A stretch of 64,000 bases of DNA from NCBI GenBank assembly GCA_951406725.2, contig OX597821.1:10478001-10542000 (forward strand), read 5' to 3'. The position numbers were made by a program, and so were the translations under genes. The notes under the pieces were generated by a model, which searched no databases, was not told the DNA's origin, and worked only from the letters and a program-made list of their open reading frames with translations. Numbering within the stretch: position 1 is the first letter of the stretch; each line of letters starts with the position of its first letter. The stretch is from Octopus vulgaris. Taxonomy: Eukaryota. Shown here one piece after another: positions 1 to 15,196 of this stretch.

Positions 1-33
<33 letters not shown>

Positions 34-394
34 ATAGTAGTAGTAGTTGTAGTATCAATAAATTAATAAATTCCATGAATATATTTATAATATACTTATT
101 TAATAAATGAAGACACCCTATTTGTACTTAAGACATCCAATATGTACTTAATATTAAATTACTAATATAATGATGTATTTTAGAGTAACTACGAAAAATA
201 GCTCTGAAACGATTCAAAATTTCGAATTAATCTACTAAAATATTAATTTATCAAACTGAACATTATTATATACATTAACATGTATATAATGTTCAACAAA
301 TTAAACATTATATATATTAACATGACAAAACTTAGAGGTATATATGTACACATACATACACACATACCTATATATAACGTATATATGTATATAT

Positions 395-479
<85 letters not shown>

Positions 480-645
480 ATTCCTCAAAACATCAGATGA
501 AGATAGGGGGTGTAGACAACAAGCAGATGTATTAGTTTAACGATTGAGAACTGAAAAAATCTTTAGCGTTTTGAGTGTACGCTCTTCCTCAAAAAGGAAC
601 ATTGAAAGAAACAAGGAGTGAAAATAAGGAGTGTTTAGTGTCTAG

Positions 646-715
<70 letters not shown>

Positions 716-1301
716 GTATACATAAAAAAATTGACACGGGCAATTCTTTTTTGTCTTCGAGTTCACGGTTCAACGGCTTGGTAGAATTGCGCGAAAAATT
801 ACACATATGTGTAGAATGATCTGGTGGTGTTGCTGGGCGTGCTATCTTTTCATAGCTCCCATGGTTACCGAGATAATCTACTATAATAATACCCGTGTGT
901 TTATGGATGAGAAAGAAAGGGGTGATATATGATGTCATACTTGGATGTGGGATGAAGAAAACTGTACGCTGAAAAATAAATCAAACAGCCTTTCAAGCGT
1001 GTGCGAATGTATGTGTGAGTATGTAAAGAGGCGTATGTGAATGTGTGTGCGTGCGTGCGCGCGTGCAATTGAAGTGGGATGGTACAACTTTGTTCGCTTA
1101 GTATTTGGGTCTATTTTTTTGATTTGGTTGAATCTTGGTGGGTTTTTGTGTTGGTCAGATATGTTTAGCGTTTTGACAGAAAAAGTCATTCTAAAATACG
1201 TCTTTTAAAGTAAGCATGCTTGTCCATACGAGTTGAATGCTTACACAGAGTTTTCTTTACAGTCACATCATCCAAATGGACTGGATTCAGCTGCTAGTAT
1301 A

Positions 1302-1333
<32 letters not shown>

Positions 1334-1367
1334 AATGTTGAGTTGTGGGGTATCGCACGAGTGGAAT

Positions 1368-1681
<314 letters not shown>

Positions 1682-1689
1682 TATATAGG

Positions 1690-1751
<62 letters not shown>

Positions 1752-2192
1752 TATATACATATACACCAGGCTTTGAATAAAGATATTTCTTGCATGTTAC
1801 CAACATAATTATCACATATATTTTTACACGTTTTAGTACATTTTCTAGATTAAATATAAACCTGATATTTAAATTATATACCTATATATTGTTGTTGTAT
1901 GTTATCATGAGACACAATGAATGTGTTTCGACCTAAACGAATTTGAATTAATATTGATTCAGATATATAGAAATATATTTCGATGATTATAACTTCTATT
2001 TTTTAATCATTTTGTCCGTTACAATTTTGTTGTTGTTTCTTGTAATTGCTGTATAACTGAAAAGTTAACGCTCACGCTCATTATACATAGCCATTCGACT
2101 TAATTTTTTTTAAAATCCAGCCCACCTTTCGCACAGAATTTCGTCTATCTTTAACCCTTAGCTGTAGTGAGACTTATATAAGTGAATTTAAT

Positions 2193-2264
<72 letters not shown>

Positions 2265-2299
2265 TTGTGTGTGTATATATATATGTGTGTGTGTGTATG

Positions 2300-2338
<39 letters not shown>

Positions 2339-2589
2339 AAATAAGGAAAGCATTATACATATTTTAATGGAAGCTGATTTAATAATGCGTACCCCTTAAA
2401 AAGTTCCCCCTATCTACTAACTGTAGTAGTTAATGAGTCTTGAACTTGTAGCCTACGTTTTCAGAAGATGATACAATACAATTTAATTAAAATTTTAAAT
2501 TGATTTCGTCATGCTTCACGAAAATTTGTTTTGCGAAAACTTAGTGAATAATTGGACTTTGGGGATGAAATCTGGAATATTGTATGAAG

Positions 2590-3176
2590 CGGGCTAGTTC
2601 ATTACATGGCATTTCAACGAACTCGAAGGGACAGAAGACAAATTCAATTACGGGGAAATTTGAAATCAGGACATAAAGACCAACGGAATGCCGCCTAGCA
2701 TTTTACCCGCCGTGTTAACAATTCTATTTCGTCAACTCAGAACCTCTTTGAATTAGTATTTTAAAGTTCAATACATGACCAAGTATTTCGGAGATTTTGT
2801 TTAGTCGATTAAGTTTTTCAACCGGTACTTACTTTATCGACACCGAAAGGATTAAAGGCATCGGCAGAATTTGATCTCAGAACGTGAAAACATGCGAAAT
2901 ATCATAAAAAATTTTGGTCGAAGTTCTAACGCTTTAAGTATCTCTCCGACTGAGAACTTCTTTACATAATCCTTTCTACTGAACTCCCAATGCTCGACAT
3001 TTGGTGGGAGGTAACTAGTGGATTATATCAAACCCAGTGTTTCGCTGGTCCTTAAGTTATCGTCCTCAAACAGATGAAAGCTAAAGTCGACTTCGGCAGA
3101 ATTTGAATTCAGAATGTAAATATGGTTGAACTACTTCTGCCTGGCGTACTAACGTTGCTACCAACTTGCCACCTTA
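2590..3176 (-). mobile_element. Three adjacent degenerate tRNA-derived SINE copies
   Basis: Repeated aaagtcgacttcggcagaatttgaa-like core, the reverse complement of the SINE at 9392-9620. Confidence 0.7.
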
Positions 3177-3996
3177 AACACTTTAAACAATGGCATGTGC
3201 TTTCTGCTATGTGAAATAATATCAGACATACAAGGTATTTATAAAACCTGCTTGCACAAGAAATCGTTGAAATTTCGATATAAATGCATGATTAATAAAA
3301 GAAATGCAAATTCTTTCACTTTGTATAACATTTTATTTAACACGAGCTTTAATATTAACGTATGATACTTTGTGTGACTAATCCGCAACCAAAAACATTA
3401 TAAAATTAGATATATTAAGTAGCTAGCATATACGTAATGTATGCTTTAAAATATGGATATCAATGATGTCAAAATAGTTCGCTATATTTTGAGGAAAAGC
3501 AATTCAATGCAAAAGGCTAAAATAGCAATAACGATAGATTTATTCACAAACCGCAATAATTTATTAGCTGTTATTCTTCATGAAAGTCGACGATGTAGGG
3601 CAAATACCGATTTAACTTTGCTGTTGGCAAATTAGCTACTTTGCATATTTTAGATGTAGCGACGCGAACAAACGTCACGAAGAATTTGCTAATTTAAACT
3701 GTATTTCCTGTATATTTACAATATTATACCCGTAATTAGTGTACAGATTAGTTAATGCAGATATATGTTTGAGTGCATGCTGTGATGTCAGCCTGTTAGA
3801 TATGCAATGATAGAATGCGTTTTCGGGGTTTTGATATATATTTATTTTACATTTGCATAATGTATCAACTTTCAAGAATTAAAGAAAATATTGCAAACAA
3901 AATCAGAGACGAACGTTCATGCAATATATTAAAACATACAACCAAAGACACATATATTCGCATACACATCTACTTATAGAAGCACCTATAGTTATA

Positions 3997-4092
<96 letters not shown>

Positions 4093-4115
4093 GATAGATA
4101 GATAAACAGACAGAT

Positions 4116-4150
<35 letters not shown>

Positions 4151-4289
4151 TGCGCGCGCTTGTGTATGTAGCAAAAAAAAGGATAGGCTTACTTTAATGA
4201 AATTGATATAACCTTTCTTTTTCTACTTTTGCGTCACAAAGCTCTAAACAATATATATATATATACATTTTACTTTTATAACATATTTC

Positions 4290-4337
<48 letters not shown>

Positions 4338-4356
4338 TTATATACATACTTACATG

Positions 4357-4389
<33 letters not shown>

Positions 4390-4439
4390 TGACACTTCTG
4401 TTCATTTTTTAGAAATGCTAATTTGAAGCATTTTATTTG

Positions 4440-5300
4440 CAGGTCCGAAGCCGTGTTGTATGAATTTTACCAATTTGTTTCTCTTTCTATGTTATAGAGT
4501 ATGATACGTAAGAAAACGATTCATACTTTGGACCTTTTCTGTTAATGCGTGTTCTACACGCCTAGCTGTTATACAGTCTAATACTAGAATTCATCACCAC
4601 GCTAGAAAATATATATACAGCTTTATATGTATGGCTTAATATAGCTGAACATTTGATGGGAAGCATTTAAATACTCCTGTATAAACCAATTCAGCATATT
4701 AACTTGTTATGAAATAAAACGTTTTCTGCCTCTTAACCCGAATCGTACCGATGATGTCGTTGCGATCCTGAGGTCAATTCTTCAGATTGGAAATTACCAT
4801 CATCATATTTTTCTATATAATATTTCATATTTATATCTACAGCATTAGATACATGACCCATTTAGTAATTAAGTAGCTAATCCTGTTGATTATAGTAAGT
4901 GAATTAATTGCTATTATTAAAATTCTTCAAGCATGTGAATATGTCTTTGGTGATGAATATGGTATAATAGATGTTTTGATTCCATGCATACACGGAGACA
5001 CGATAATTCACATATTATGGCTCTAATACACTGGATTAATAGCCAATTTTATAATAATCAAATTTATACCATGAATTTGAATATTATATTGCATACTGCT
5101 TATCTTAGCGCGGTTTATACGATAGTAATTATGCTATGAATATGAGTTACATGTCGAACGTTTAAATTTTATATAACAGAAAGAATCGCTGCTAATTGCC
5201 CCTATCAAAACTTAATCTGTTTACTGTTATTACATATATTACAGCCAGAGATGCTTGCGAGAGTTCAAAGACAGTATTTGTTTGGGCAGACATAGTTCGT
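4440..5300 (+). pseudogene. Decayed TLR-like 3' half (LRR, TM, TIR-like)
   Basis: Plus-strand FGPFLLMRVLH and EFITTLENIY (LRR-like), a hydrophobic stretch at ~4795-4840, then TIR-like EYGII..HGDTIIH..HEFEYYIAY..TIVIML, spread over several frames. Confidence 0.35.
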
Positions 5301-5455
5301 GAAGGAAATAATAAGCTATAAGTTTATAGGAATACAGTGAGGGACAAAACACGTATACTCACACATATATAGAAACATACGGGCATACATAATTACACAT
5401 ACTAATATAACATTAACATGCATGTATAATTGAAAAGTAATACTAGCTTGTGTAT

Positions 5456-5775
<320 letters not shown>

Positions 5776-5970
5776 TGCATGTGCGTTCAAATAGTTCATC
5801 AGGTCCAGAACTTCAGATTTTTATGTTAGCGGAATAAACAAACTTGTAACTCGATGGCAAGAAGCCATTGATTGTAATGGTTCTTAATTTGATGCATAAA
5901 ATTTACGCATCGCAGAAATAAATTGTGATAATTTTCACGTTCAAAACGATGTTTACATACTCAGCCACTC

Positions 5971-6046
<76 letters not shown>

Positions 6047-6423
6047 ACACACACACATCTAAATGTAACTACATGTGAATCATTGGCGAGATCTTTTTCT
6101 CTCCTTTTCTATTGGACTGTCCTCTGTCTCCTTTTTCTGAAGACCTTTGCTCGATACGAAAACCATATTTCTTTCCTTCCCTGAACGTCTACTAATACTT
6201 TGTATATACCACGTCCTTGCGCTGTTGTGCTTTTTTTAAAAATATTTCTACAGTTTTTAAATGCAAGGAACATTTCCCTTTTTTTTTTTTCCTATTTGTC
6301 TCTGTCTCTCAGTTTACACTTGTGAGGGCTTGGTAGCAGGTGTCAGGTAGTATAAGTACGAATATTTGATAAAATTTATTGGTTTTGATTGTTTAAGCAG
6401 TAGTACAAGCGGAGGAAGGAGGC

Positions 6424-6555
6424 GAAGAAGAAGAAGAAGAAGAAGAAGAAGAAGAAGAAGAAGAAGAAGAAGAAGAAGACGACGACGACGAAGAAGAAGA
6501 AGAAGAAGAAGAAGAAGAAGAAGAAGAAGAAGAAGAAGAAGAAGAAGAAGAAGAA
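6424..6555. repeat. (GAA)n microsatellite with a (GAC)n interruption
   Basis: Seen directly; it explains the poly-R/F/S/L ORFs. Confidence 0.98.
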
Positions 6556-6599
6556 AAGAGAAAGGAGCATGGAAATATGAGAAAGAATAACAACAATGC

Positions 6600-7990
6600 T
6601 TGAGTTTTATGACTAGTAGGATATTGGCCAAGTTTATCTATTGTGGTTGCAATTGTAGAGATTGGAATTTTCCTGAATAAATTCATGGGTAGTGACTGTT
6701 CTGAATATATCGTTTTTAATATTTGCGTGAGTATTCCTCTAAGGCCCTCGTAATAGTGTCACTGGCGGTAGATGCATTCAAAAGAGATTTATATTTTGTG
6801 ATAACATATTACTCTTTGCTAATGCGCTGACTACATTTTGCATCGTCCCTGGGTTTATAGAGGGGAAAAAATTCTGAAGCTGGGTTGTTTGTTTGTGGCA
6901 CACATGTCGATGAGTTTTCTGAATGCTATTTTTCTGTATTCCCAAATTTTGATCTAGGCTCTATGTAGAGACATCCTTTGATGTAGACCGTTTTTGGTTT
7001 GGCCTAAGTATTACTCTCGACACACAAATCAAGTTAATATTAGGTTCTTTAAAGCGCAGGTGATGTGTTTTTAACAGAAAACGTTGATCTTGTTTGAAAG
7101 AGAAGTCCGATCCCTTAATTGCGTTGACGTATATACCACAGTTAGGTCTAACGCATTATTTTTTACTGACGGCTTTAGTGTTGTTGCAGAGAGTACTTGG
7201 CCTTGTTTTAGGATAGTTTACCTCGATTTGGGTCAACGTTTTTACAGTGAAAAACAACTCCACATATACTTCGGGGAACCTAACTTGTTCTGGGTGTCGA
7301 GAGCAATATGTAGGCCACACAAAAATCAATCTACTCAAAGGATGGCTCTATATAGATCCCAGATAAAAATTCGGGAATACATAAAAATAGCATTCAGTGA
7401 ACACATTGACATTTGCGACACTAAGAAACAACCAATTTTCAGAATGTTCCCCCTCCATAAACTCAGGAACGATGCAACCTGTAGTCACCGCATTATTGAA
7501 GAGTCATATGCTATCACAAACAATAAACCCCTTTTGAATGCGTCCACCACAAAAGACACTATCACAAGGGGCGTAGAATAATACCCATGAAAGTATTTAA
7601 AACGATATATTCAGCTCAGTCAATAATCATGAATTTATTCAGGTAAGTTTCGATCACTACTATTACTACAGCAACTGGTCACTTTTAGGTCACTTGAGCA
7701 TTTAAGAGGATTCCATCAACAGGCACCTGTAAAATATTTAAAACACTGTCATGTTTGCATATATTCATTTATGTATGCAAACATGACAGAGTTAAAAATT
7801 TTTACATCCATTTATTTAATAGTCAGAACATTGCGGCATTTTTACTATTCGCTCTCTTTTTCCTACTCTCTCCTACTCTTCTTCGAGCAACTCGAGAATA
7901 TTTCTTTTTCATATCCATCAATTCAGTGATATATACTTTTATTTAGCTACCATCGAATCTATAAGAGCAAGCTGCTGGAAAACGCATAAT
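6600..7990. mobile_element. Two diverged Penelope-like GIY-YIG C-terminal fragments, head to head (minus ~6690-7290; plus ~7293-7645 plus 3' tail)
   Basis: CREQYVG..QRMALYRSQI..IAFSEHIDIC..NKPLLN on plus. The homologous sequence is inverted at 6690-7025. Confidence 0.75.
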
Positions 7991-8300
7991 TTCATCGAAA
8001 CTTTTCCACAACAGGGAGCATTTTCCCTCTTACAGGATCTGAGTGATATTGTCATCATGACAACACAGGAAACCGTCATAAGAACCTACAACAGCATAAC
8101 AAACCTTCATTTTAAGAACTCATTCATACAACACATGAAAGCATTCAGGTGTAAATACAACGCATCGCGGCAAACATTTACCTTTTCTATATCACCTACA
8201 TTATCTAGATTTTCAAGTAATATAATGGGTTGATTTGCGGCTTAGTAATAATTCCAAATATATACGTTCAATACTGATTTTATGTATATATAACGTATCC

Positions 8301-8392
<92 letters not shown>

Positions 8393-8395
8393 ATG

Positions 8396-9257
8396 TGTAA
8401 TCGACCGTGCTATGCGAGGTGACGAGAATGGCTCCTTTGCAGATCACACGGTCGATACAATAAATAGGAAAAGAATAAATGCGTATAAGTGCCAGAAGGA
8501 AAAGAGAGACACAACCGGTTAGAATGTTTAAGAGAAGATTTTATTTATATGTTAACATGTGTGTGCGTCATATATGCATAATACTAGACAGCCCATCATG
8601 AGAACAAAGTGTGTGTTACAAACATGGATGTATGCGTGTGCGATAAGTACAGAGCATTGAAAGAGTCTATAATATGACGTAAGAAGAATGTTAAGACACA
8701 AGGATGATAAATATCAGTTCGTAGTCAAGGTACACGATAACTGAGATGCTGTATCTAGAAGTTGCAGCGATGACGCAGAGCCGGGTCGGTACGTGTCGTA
8801 CGAAGTTGTGGCTGTAATGCTGCTACCTGGGTTACTTGGGACAGGATTTCTCGCAGGTTGTATATTCGTTGGTGATCCATGGTGAAGTAATTCACGAACA
8901 TGGGACGAATGGTGGTCGCCGAATGTTCTTGGACGAAGTTGTTGACTCTCCACGCGGTTGCTGTTGCGTTGTCGCTAGAACTGGCAGTGTCTTGTGTGAT
9001 CAGTGGCGAGACCACAAAAGGTCTGAAACCGAAAGACCTCGACTCGATGTGAAAGTAGAGTTTTATAGGGTGCAATCGGCTCACCGGAGGTTTAGAAGAG
9101 ACTGTCTCACGTAATCTTATCAGGAGGCTGTGATTGACTGGGTTGCACATTGGCGTGCAATAGAGCAAGACACAAGTTGCACCAATACCAACCAATCAGA
9201 GTAGTGGACACAACAGGGTCCAAAATGGCGGCCGAAGGCTAGTTGTTATCTAGTACG
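8396..9257 (-). mobile_element. Probable solo LTR (~860 bp)
   Basis: GC-richer block. The minus strand starts (c/t)gtact and ends ttaCA. It carries a YY1-like GCCGCCATTTTG (9221-9232), CCAAT boxes, CTATAAAA (9061-9068) and AATAAA (~8540) in order. No clear TSD. Confidence 0.45.
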
Positions 9258-9349
9258 TCCATATTTATGTATATATAACAGAGAGAGAGAGAGAGAGAGA
9301 GAGAGGAATTTCCCTTAAGCGTACGCTACATGTGTATGTAGGCATGTAT

Positions 9350-9391
<42 letters not shown>

Positions 9392-9393
<2 letters not shown>

Positions 9394-9622
9394 GGCGGCG
9401 AGCTGGCAGAAACGCTAGCACGCTGGGCGAAATGCGTAGCCGTATTTCGTCTGCCGCTACGTTTTGAGTTCAAATTCCGCCGAGGTCGACTTTGCCTTTC
9501 ATCCTTTCGGGGTCGATAAATCAAGTACCAGTTACACACTGGGGTCGATTTAATCGACTTAATTCGTTTGTCTCTCCTTGTTTGTCCCCTCTGTGTGTAG
9601 CCCCTTGTGGGTAAAAAAGAAA
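9392..9622 (+). mobile_element. tRNA-derived SINE (octopus-type), near full length
   Basis: A-box-like gagctggcaga, B-box gagttcaaattcc, core gcctttcatcctttcggggtcgataaa..agtaccag, and an A-rich end. Confidence 0.9.
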
Positions 9623-10169
9623 CATATATATATATATATATATATCCCGGGTCGGGCGAAGCGTTGTGTTCTTGGGCAAAACACTTTATTTCACTTGCAA
9701 TCAATGAGAGAAAATTTCCTTGCTCGCCTACCCAGCGGGGTGGTGTAATTCGATGGCTACAACGATGCTAATCCCACTGTTGAAATGAATGTGCACAACA
9801 TCTGATAACCTGGGCGGTCACAGTATGTGTGTGTATTCGTGTGTGCGCATGAATGAGGTGTGTGTGTGTCACTATGTGAAATGCATCACGGGCATATTAC
9901 TCGGGATGTATGACGTAGAATTGACCGATAGAAGTGCATTTCTCCTTAACAGGACTCCTAACTGGAATAACGTGAATTAAAACGACAACCATGTTGTTGC
10001 TATCGTGAGTGCAAAATATAAACCACTACACCACTTAGTAAAATGCACTTATACAAAATATATATGCATATACACATAGAAATATGTATATGTGTGTGTA
10101 TGCGTATGTGCGTGTATATGTGATTCTGAGTTTCAGGACTATTTTTTGTATAGTATATTTTGCGTATAT

Positions 10170-10690
10170 TTATTTTTCAATAAAAATGTAACTCTACAGA
10201 AAGGTCCATTCTATAAATTCATATTTCTCCTAAGTGCTTCAATATAAAGCTCTTTCTACAACCATAAAATTGATTCAATAAAGGATGAAGTCGAATGAAT
10301 TCCAAATGAGTGTTATTTATTCTTAACAAATTTCTGTATTACATCTGCTCTCATCACGGTTCTAATCATACATATAATTTTATAGCAATAGGCCATCACT
10401 ATCAAATCTATATGGCTAAAGAGTGTAGGTACCTATATATTTGAAAGCCGAAATAGATTCCCGGGATTTCAAAACGTGTTCCAGCCGTACATCCAGTTAA
10501 AAGATATGAAAACGACACGAGCATAATTTTCTTGATTGAAAATAATGGAGTACGAAGCTCACCGTCACGTTATTCCTCCAGAAAATACAGGGAATATAGA
10601 ATATTGCCTGCAATATGATCAATAATATGTGTAAATCCTTTTTAAGCATTAATTTTGAAATCACGAAGTATAACTATTCAGAACAGTCAC
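10170..10690 (+). pseudogene. LRR-like coding remnant
   Basis: IPNECYLFLTN and LKSVGTYIFESRNRFPGFQNVFQPYIQLKDM in broken frames. No TIR seen. Confidence 0.3.
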
Positions 10691-10699
10691 TACCCATAA

Positions 10700-11955
10700 A
10701 TGTATTGAGAACAATTCCAATCTCTAACGTTACAACCACAACAGGTCAAGTTTAGGTCACTTGGCACTTTAAGAGGATTTTTTGTTGTTGCAAACATTAT
10801 ACTAGGTGTGTTTACTGTAATCAATAGGTAACATCTGCTTGCAAATAATCTATGTGGTAACCTTAACAAATGGCTGGACGCTCTTATCACAGTAGTAGAA
10901 AAAAAGGCATGTTCTCAATTCTCCACTGTTTCAATAGCTCTGTACTGAAAATGATGACTATTGTGAACTTGTCTTGTAGTACACATAACTGTGAAAGTTA
11001 AACTGCCTAAATGTTCCTATTCCCTTTTAAACACAGTTGTTGAATTCTTTCAAGACACTGTACTTCGTAATGAAGCAATAATCACCAAGCATGACATTGC
11101 TTATAAGGCAAATATATTCACAACCGTCACTAGAGCTAATTTGCAACTGTTAGGGAATGAGATTAAACCTTATTAAAGTAAAACCAGTTCGGTCCCCGTT
11201 TCTATACAAGTTAAAGTTATTCAAATATAACATACAACATTGTCACTTCTTTCAGTTTCCTAGCCTCTGTGAATTGGAAAAGCAAAAGTAAATTGCAGTC
11301 GATGACATTCAAGTGTAATGCTCACACCTGGATGAGTTGCGCAGAGACAGGCCTGGCAGATTTCAGGATCTTCATTTTTTATTAAAATACCAGTTTGAGT
11401 GTTACTTAGATATATGTAATGAGAAAACAAATAGAACAGTGTATAACAGAGGAAGAACTGGTTTCACTTGAAAATGACATTCGGTTAAGGAAAATATTGG
11501 AAAAATTAGACCAGTATTTTCTAACTGCTGACCAGCACTGCGGAACAAATTCAAGATGTACTTCATTGCTTTCTAACACCATATATTTTGAGCGGTACTT
11601 CAGAGCAGTTACCTAGCTTCTGTCAAAGCAAAGAAACAGATTGAAAGTTACTGAACGCATGGATCAGCGACTATTCTAAGAAATTTTTAGCTTGATTTCG
11701 AGAATCATATATGCCTAATCCATGTACATCCATCGAAGTAAGAATACGAAATCGATGTAATTACGTTTGAGACGAAAATTTATTTTCATATTGTAAAATC
11801 TGAAAAACACTGGGTACAATGTATTACATTCTATTTGTGAAATGCAGTCGTTTTGAATTTCTAGGAGAAAAAAATTTCTATGTTTGGGGTAGTGTCTGAG
11901 GTTTGTGGGCTTTGTGCTACAGGAGCGTTAGGCCAAAATGGTTTCGGAAGCACTG
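10700..11955 (+). mobile_element. Degenerate hAT (Charlie/Buster-type) transposase, 3' portion with right terminus
   Basis: INR*HLLANNLCG (CxxHR region), KHDIAYKANIF, NLQLLG, EEELVSLENDI, ERYFRAVT*LLSKQRNRLKVTER (dimerisation domain). Charlie-like end gtttcggaagcactg at 11941-11955. Confidence 0.85.
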
Positions 11956-12094
11956 CGTTACAGTCACGATATATCTAATTTCACCAGAGTGTATCTACGT
12001 CTGTGAACTTTCCAGTGTGTAAGTGTATATAAAGTATACCGTCACTTCACTACATACAGGTATGCATCCTTAATTTACATGTACAAACAAGCTT

Positions 12095-12607
12095 TAAAAA
12101 AACAGTAAATGCGCCCTTTTAAAGCCTAGCCAGGCTCATGGGCCCGGTTTCCCAGTTTCAATGGCGTATGTGTTCCCCAACTGGACGAGACGCCAGTCCA
12201 TTGCAGCGTTACTCATTTTTGCCAGTTGCGTGGACTGGAGCAACGCGAAAGGAAGTGTTTTGCTCAAGAACACAACACGCCGCCCGGTCCAGGAATCGAA
12301 ACCAGAATCTTACGATAATGATGCTGACACCTAAGCCACGCGCCTCCACAAATAAATAAATGCGCCCTTTTAAAGCCTAACCAGGTTCATCGGCCCAGTT
12401 TCCCGATTTCAATGGCGTAATGTGTTCCCCAGCTGGATGGGACGCAAGTCCATCGCAGCGTTACTCATTTTTGCCAGCAGAATGGACTGGAGCAACGTGA
12501 AAGGAGGTGTTTGCTCAAGAAAACTACGCGTCGCCCGGTCAGGAAACGAAACAACAATCTTACGATCATGATGCTGACACCCTAACCACTAAGCCACGCG
12601 CCTCCAC
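12095..12607 (-). mobile_element. Head-to-tail dimer of a tRNA-derived SINE inside one 12-bp target-site duplication
   Basis: Two ~250-bp copies (12107-12349, 12357-12607). acaaacaagctt occurs at 12083-12094 and 12608-12619. Confidence 0.9.
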
Positions 12608-13409
12608 ACAAACAAGCTTACCCAATAAAATTATTTTGTCGCCTCACATGAAAATATAGATATTGCTTTGCTTTCGTGAAAAAAATGTATGTCAGCGATA
12701 AACATATACGCTCATAGGTGAAGAAATATGGATGTTTAGAGAGTGGCACGTGCGTTTATCTATAGAGACCAAGGCATTATATACATGCATATCTATATAT
12801 ATTCTTTACTTCTTTCACTATATTTAATCACCTTTAATTTCTTCATTGATACATAGGCCTCATTTCAACAAACTTTGTACTCCCTTCTCTCAGAGAAAAT
12901 ACATGGTCTCATTTCGGTACATACATACGTATACACAGGTTCAAGTCCTTCCGTTTCAGTTTCCCTTATGCATACATATGCTTCTAAATATAGATCCCAC
13001 TGCCTCCTACCAACATGTATGGATATTGATATGTATATGCAGCCACGCTTTCTCCTATGAATTCATGGTTTCTCAATTTAATGCTCATTTATGCGTAAAT
13101 GCCTGCGCATTATTTCTCCAATAATTCACCAGCGACTACAATTTTTTACATAACTATATACAAATTCCCATTGAGAATTATCTAGTTGAACAATATCTAC
13201 AAAACTTATTCTCAATTCTACAGTTATTCTGTCGGTTTACATAATGTAATATATCTAAATATATGTATGTCTGTGTGGGAACTTAAATGTATGTATTACA
13301 TACATGTGTATGTATGTGCATGTGTATATGTATGTACGTATATGTGTACGTATGTATGTACAGACATGTGTATCATTTTAATTATTGTTTCATTCTGAGA
13401 TATGCCTGC

Positions 13410-14880
13410 CATAAACTCAAAGTTATTTGTCATAGAAAAAGACGTATTTACTACGTTTCATATATCATATACGAATTAACTACATGTTGTGTAAGTAATT
13501 ATCTTTATCTTAAAACAGATTTACAATAATGTAGATATTACAAAGTAAATAGTTTCTCTCTAATACAATTAGTATAACGTCCGCCGATTCTGTAGTGTAT
13601 ACAAAATCTGCATAAAAATTTTGAAATAGATGAAGACAGCAGAAATACATTGTATTGTTTTGTTTTCTCATGAATATTTTCATTTCAAACACACTAGCAA
13701 TTTAGTTCCTCGTGTATGCAGGAGTGAAGGAACTTATTATGTTTTGACGATGCTTTACTACTTAACTTTTCGTAAAACTTCACCAAACAGCCTAAAAGAA
13801 TTTCAAGTTAAATGTGTTACAAATCCGAAAGAATTCAGAATACTTGCACAGAAAATGTATTCAATCGCATCCTCCTTGGATCAGAGCTGATCAAGAGTTC
13901 AACAAGATCTTCTTCCATTGAGATGTCTGTTCTCTGTGTTTCATAATAGGTGATAGTATACTGGATCTGAACAATCATTTGCTTATCGCGCAAAATTCCA
14001 TACACTAACCTTCTTGAGTTGTTTTGAACTGCCATTACGGTGAGCATTACATCATATAAAGACCCCAATGTTTCAAGTGGATATTTATATCAATGGCAAT
14101 AATGATTGCCATAAACAATTTCCACTAATCTTTTTACATCTACAAATATACATAAGGAAATAGATTTTTCGATACACAATTAGGCATTAATTCAATGTCT
14201 TCAATACCTGCCATGTTCAGTGACTGAATATTAAGTGGTATTCATATATTGAATTCAACTTTTGATTCTGGAACTTACACGATGTGAGAGTGTGTACAAA
14301 AATCCATGCAGATATAACGCAAAAGATGTATTATAAACGTTTAGTTAGATATAAAATTGTGAAATTGTTTTGATATTTATTTCATGAATCATCAAATATC
14401 TGCTGCATGAAAGCAACAAATTCATCAACACGGTATTCCTGCAGTTTTGCTAATAGAACCTCATCAGCTATACTTTGTGGGAGTTGGATAGTGGCTCCAT
14501 AATGTAAAATGTAAATGTTTGTAATGAGCATATTCATAGGTTGAGATTTTTTCAGGTTTAGGATGGTATTTGTAAGAGAAATGTATAAAACGTCTGATTA
14601 ACTGTTTTTTGCAGTGATTATTTCAAATTTATTTAAAACAGGAATTTGTTATTCACTTTCGCGTTTAATTTTAATGGTCTTATGGCAACTGACTATAGAG
14701 TTGGTATTTTAAACACTTTGTTGCAATTTCTATAAAAAACTTTACTCGGAAGAGAAGGAATATTTTGCAGAAATGTCCATAAATAACAGATAATAAACAC
14801 AAAATATCTGCACATGTATAATTTCCATATCCTCATTGTAAAATGAAGGATTATAATTCAAAATTTACGTTGGTAATTTA
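13410..14880 (-). pseudogene. Decayed TLR gene (LRR, LRRCT, TM, TIR with internal deletions)
   Basis: LRRCT-like KVSVWNFAR*ANDCSDPVYYH (~13955-14015). TIR-like EKTKQYNVFL (box1), RFCIHYRIGG (box2), SADVILIVLE (ORF 13510-13692) and RLF..QITLSL (box3-like), in the correct order. Confidence 0.55.
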
Positions 14881-14994
14881 TTTGCAATGGATTGTATTTA
14901 GATAATGACAGTGAAACTAGAAATTCGAACTGAACGATTATTGGTCACAAAACATAGAGTGGTATCTAAATATATATTATAAATAGAGCAGCTC

Positions 14995-15154
14995 AGGAGT
15001 GGCTGTGTGGTAAGTAGCTTGTTTACCAACCACATGGTCCCGGGTTCAGTCCCACTGTGTGGCACCTTGGGCAAGTGCCTTCTGCTATAGCCTCGGGCCG
15101 ACCAAAGCCTTGTGAGTGGATTTGGTAGACGGAAACTGAAAGAAGCCCGTCGTA

Positions 15155-15196
<42 letters not shown>

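Noticed and set aside
4930-5030. Minus-strand FN3-like string LEP*YVNYRVSVYAWNQ
   Set aside because: Single short motif with a stop and no exon context. The plus strand gives a more coherent TM-TIR-like series.
10690-10890. Minus ORF with LRRNT-looking KVPSDLNLTCCGC
   Set aside because: It is antisense to the hAT transposase remnant on plus.
13700-14820. Claudin/TMEM-like reading (HWGLY..C..C)
   Set aside because: The ordered LRRCT, TM and TIR motifs explain the same DNA better.
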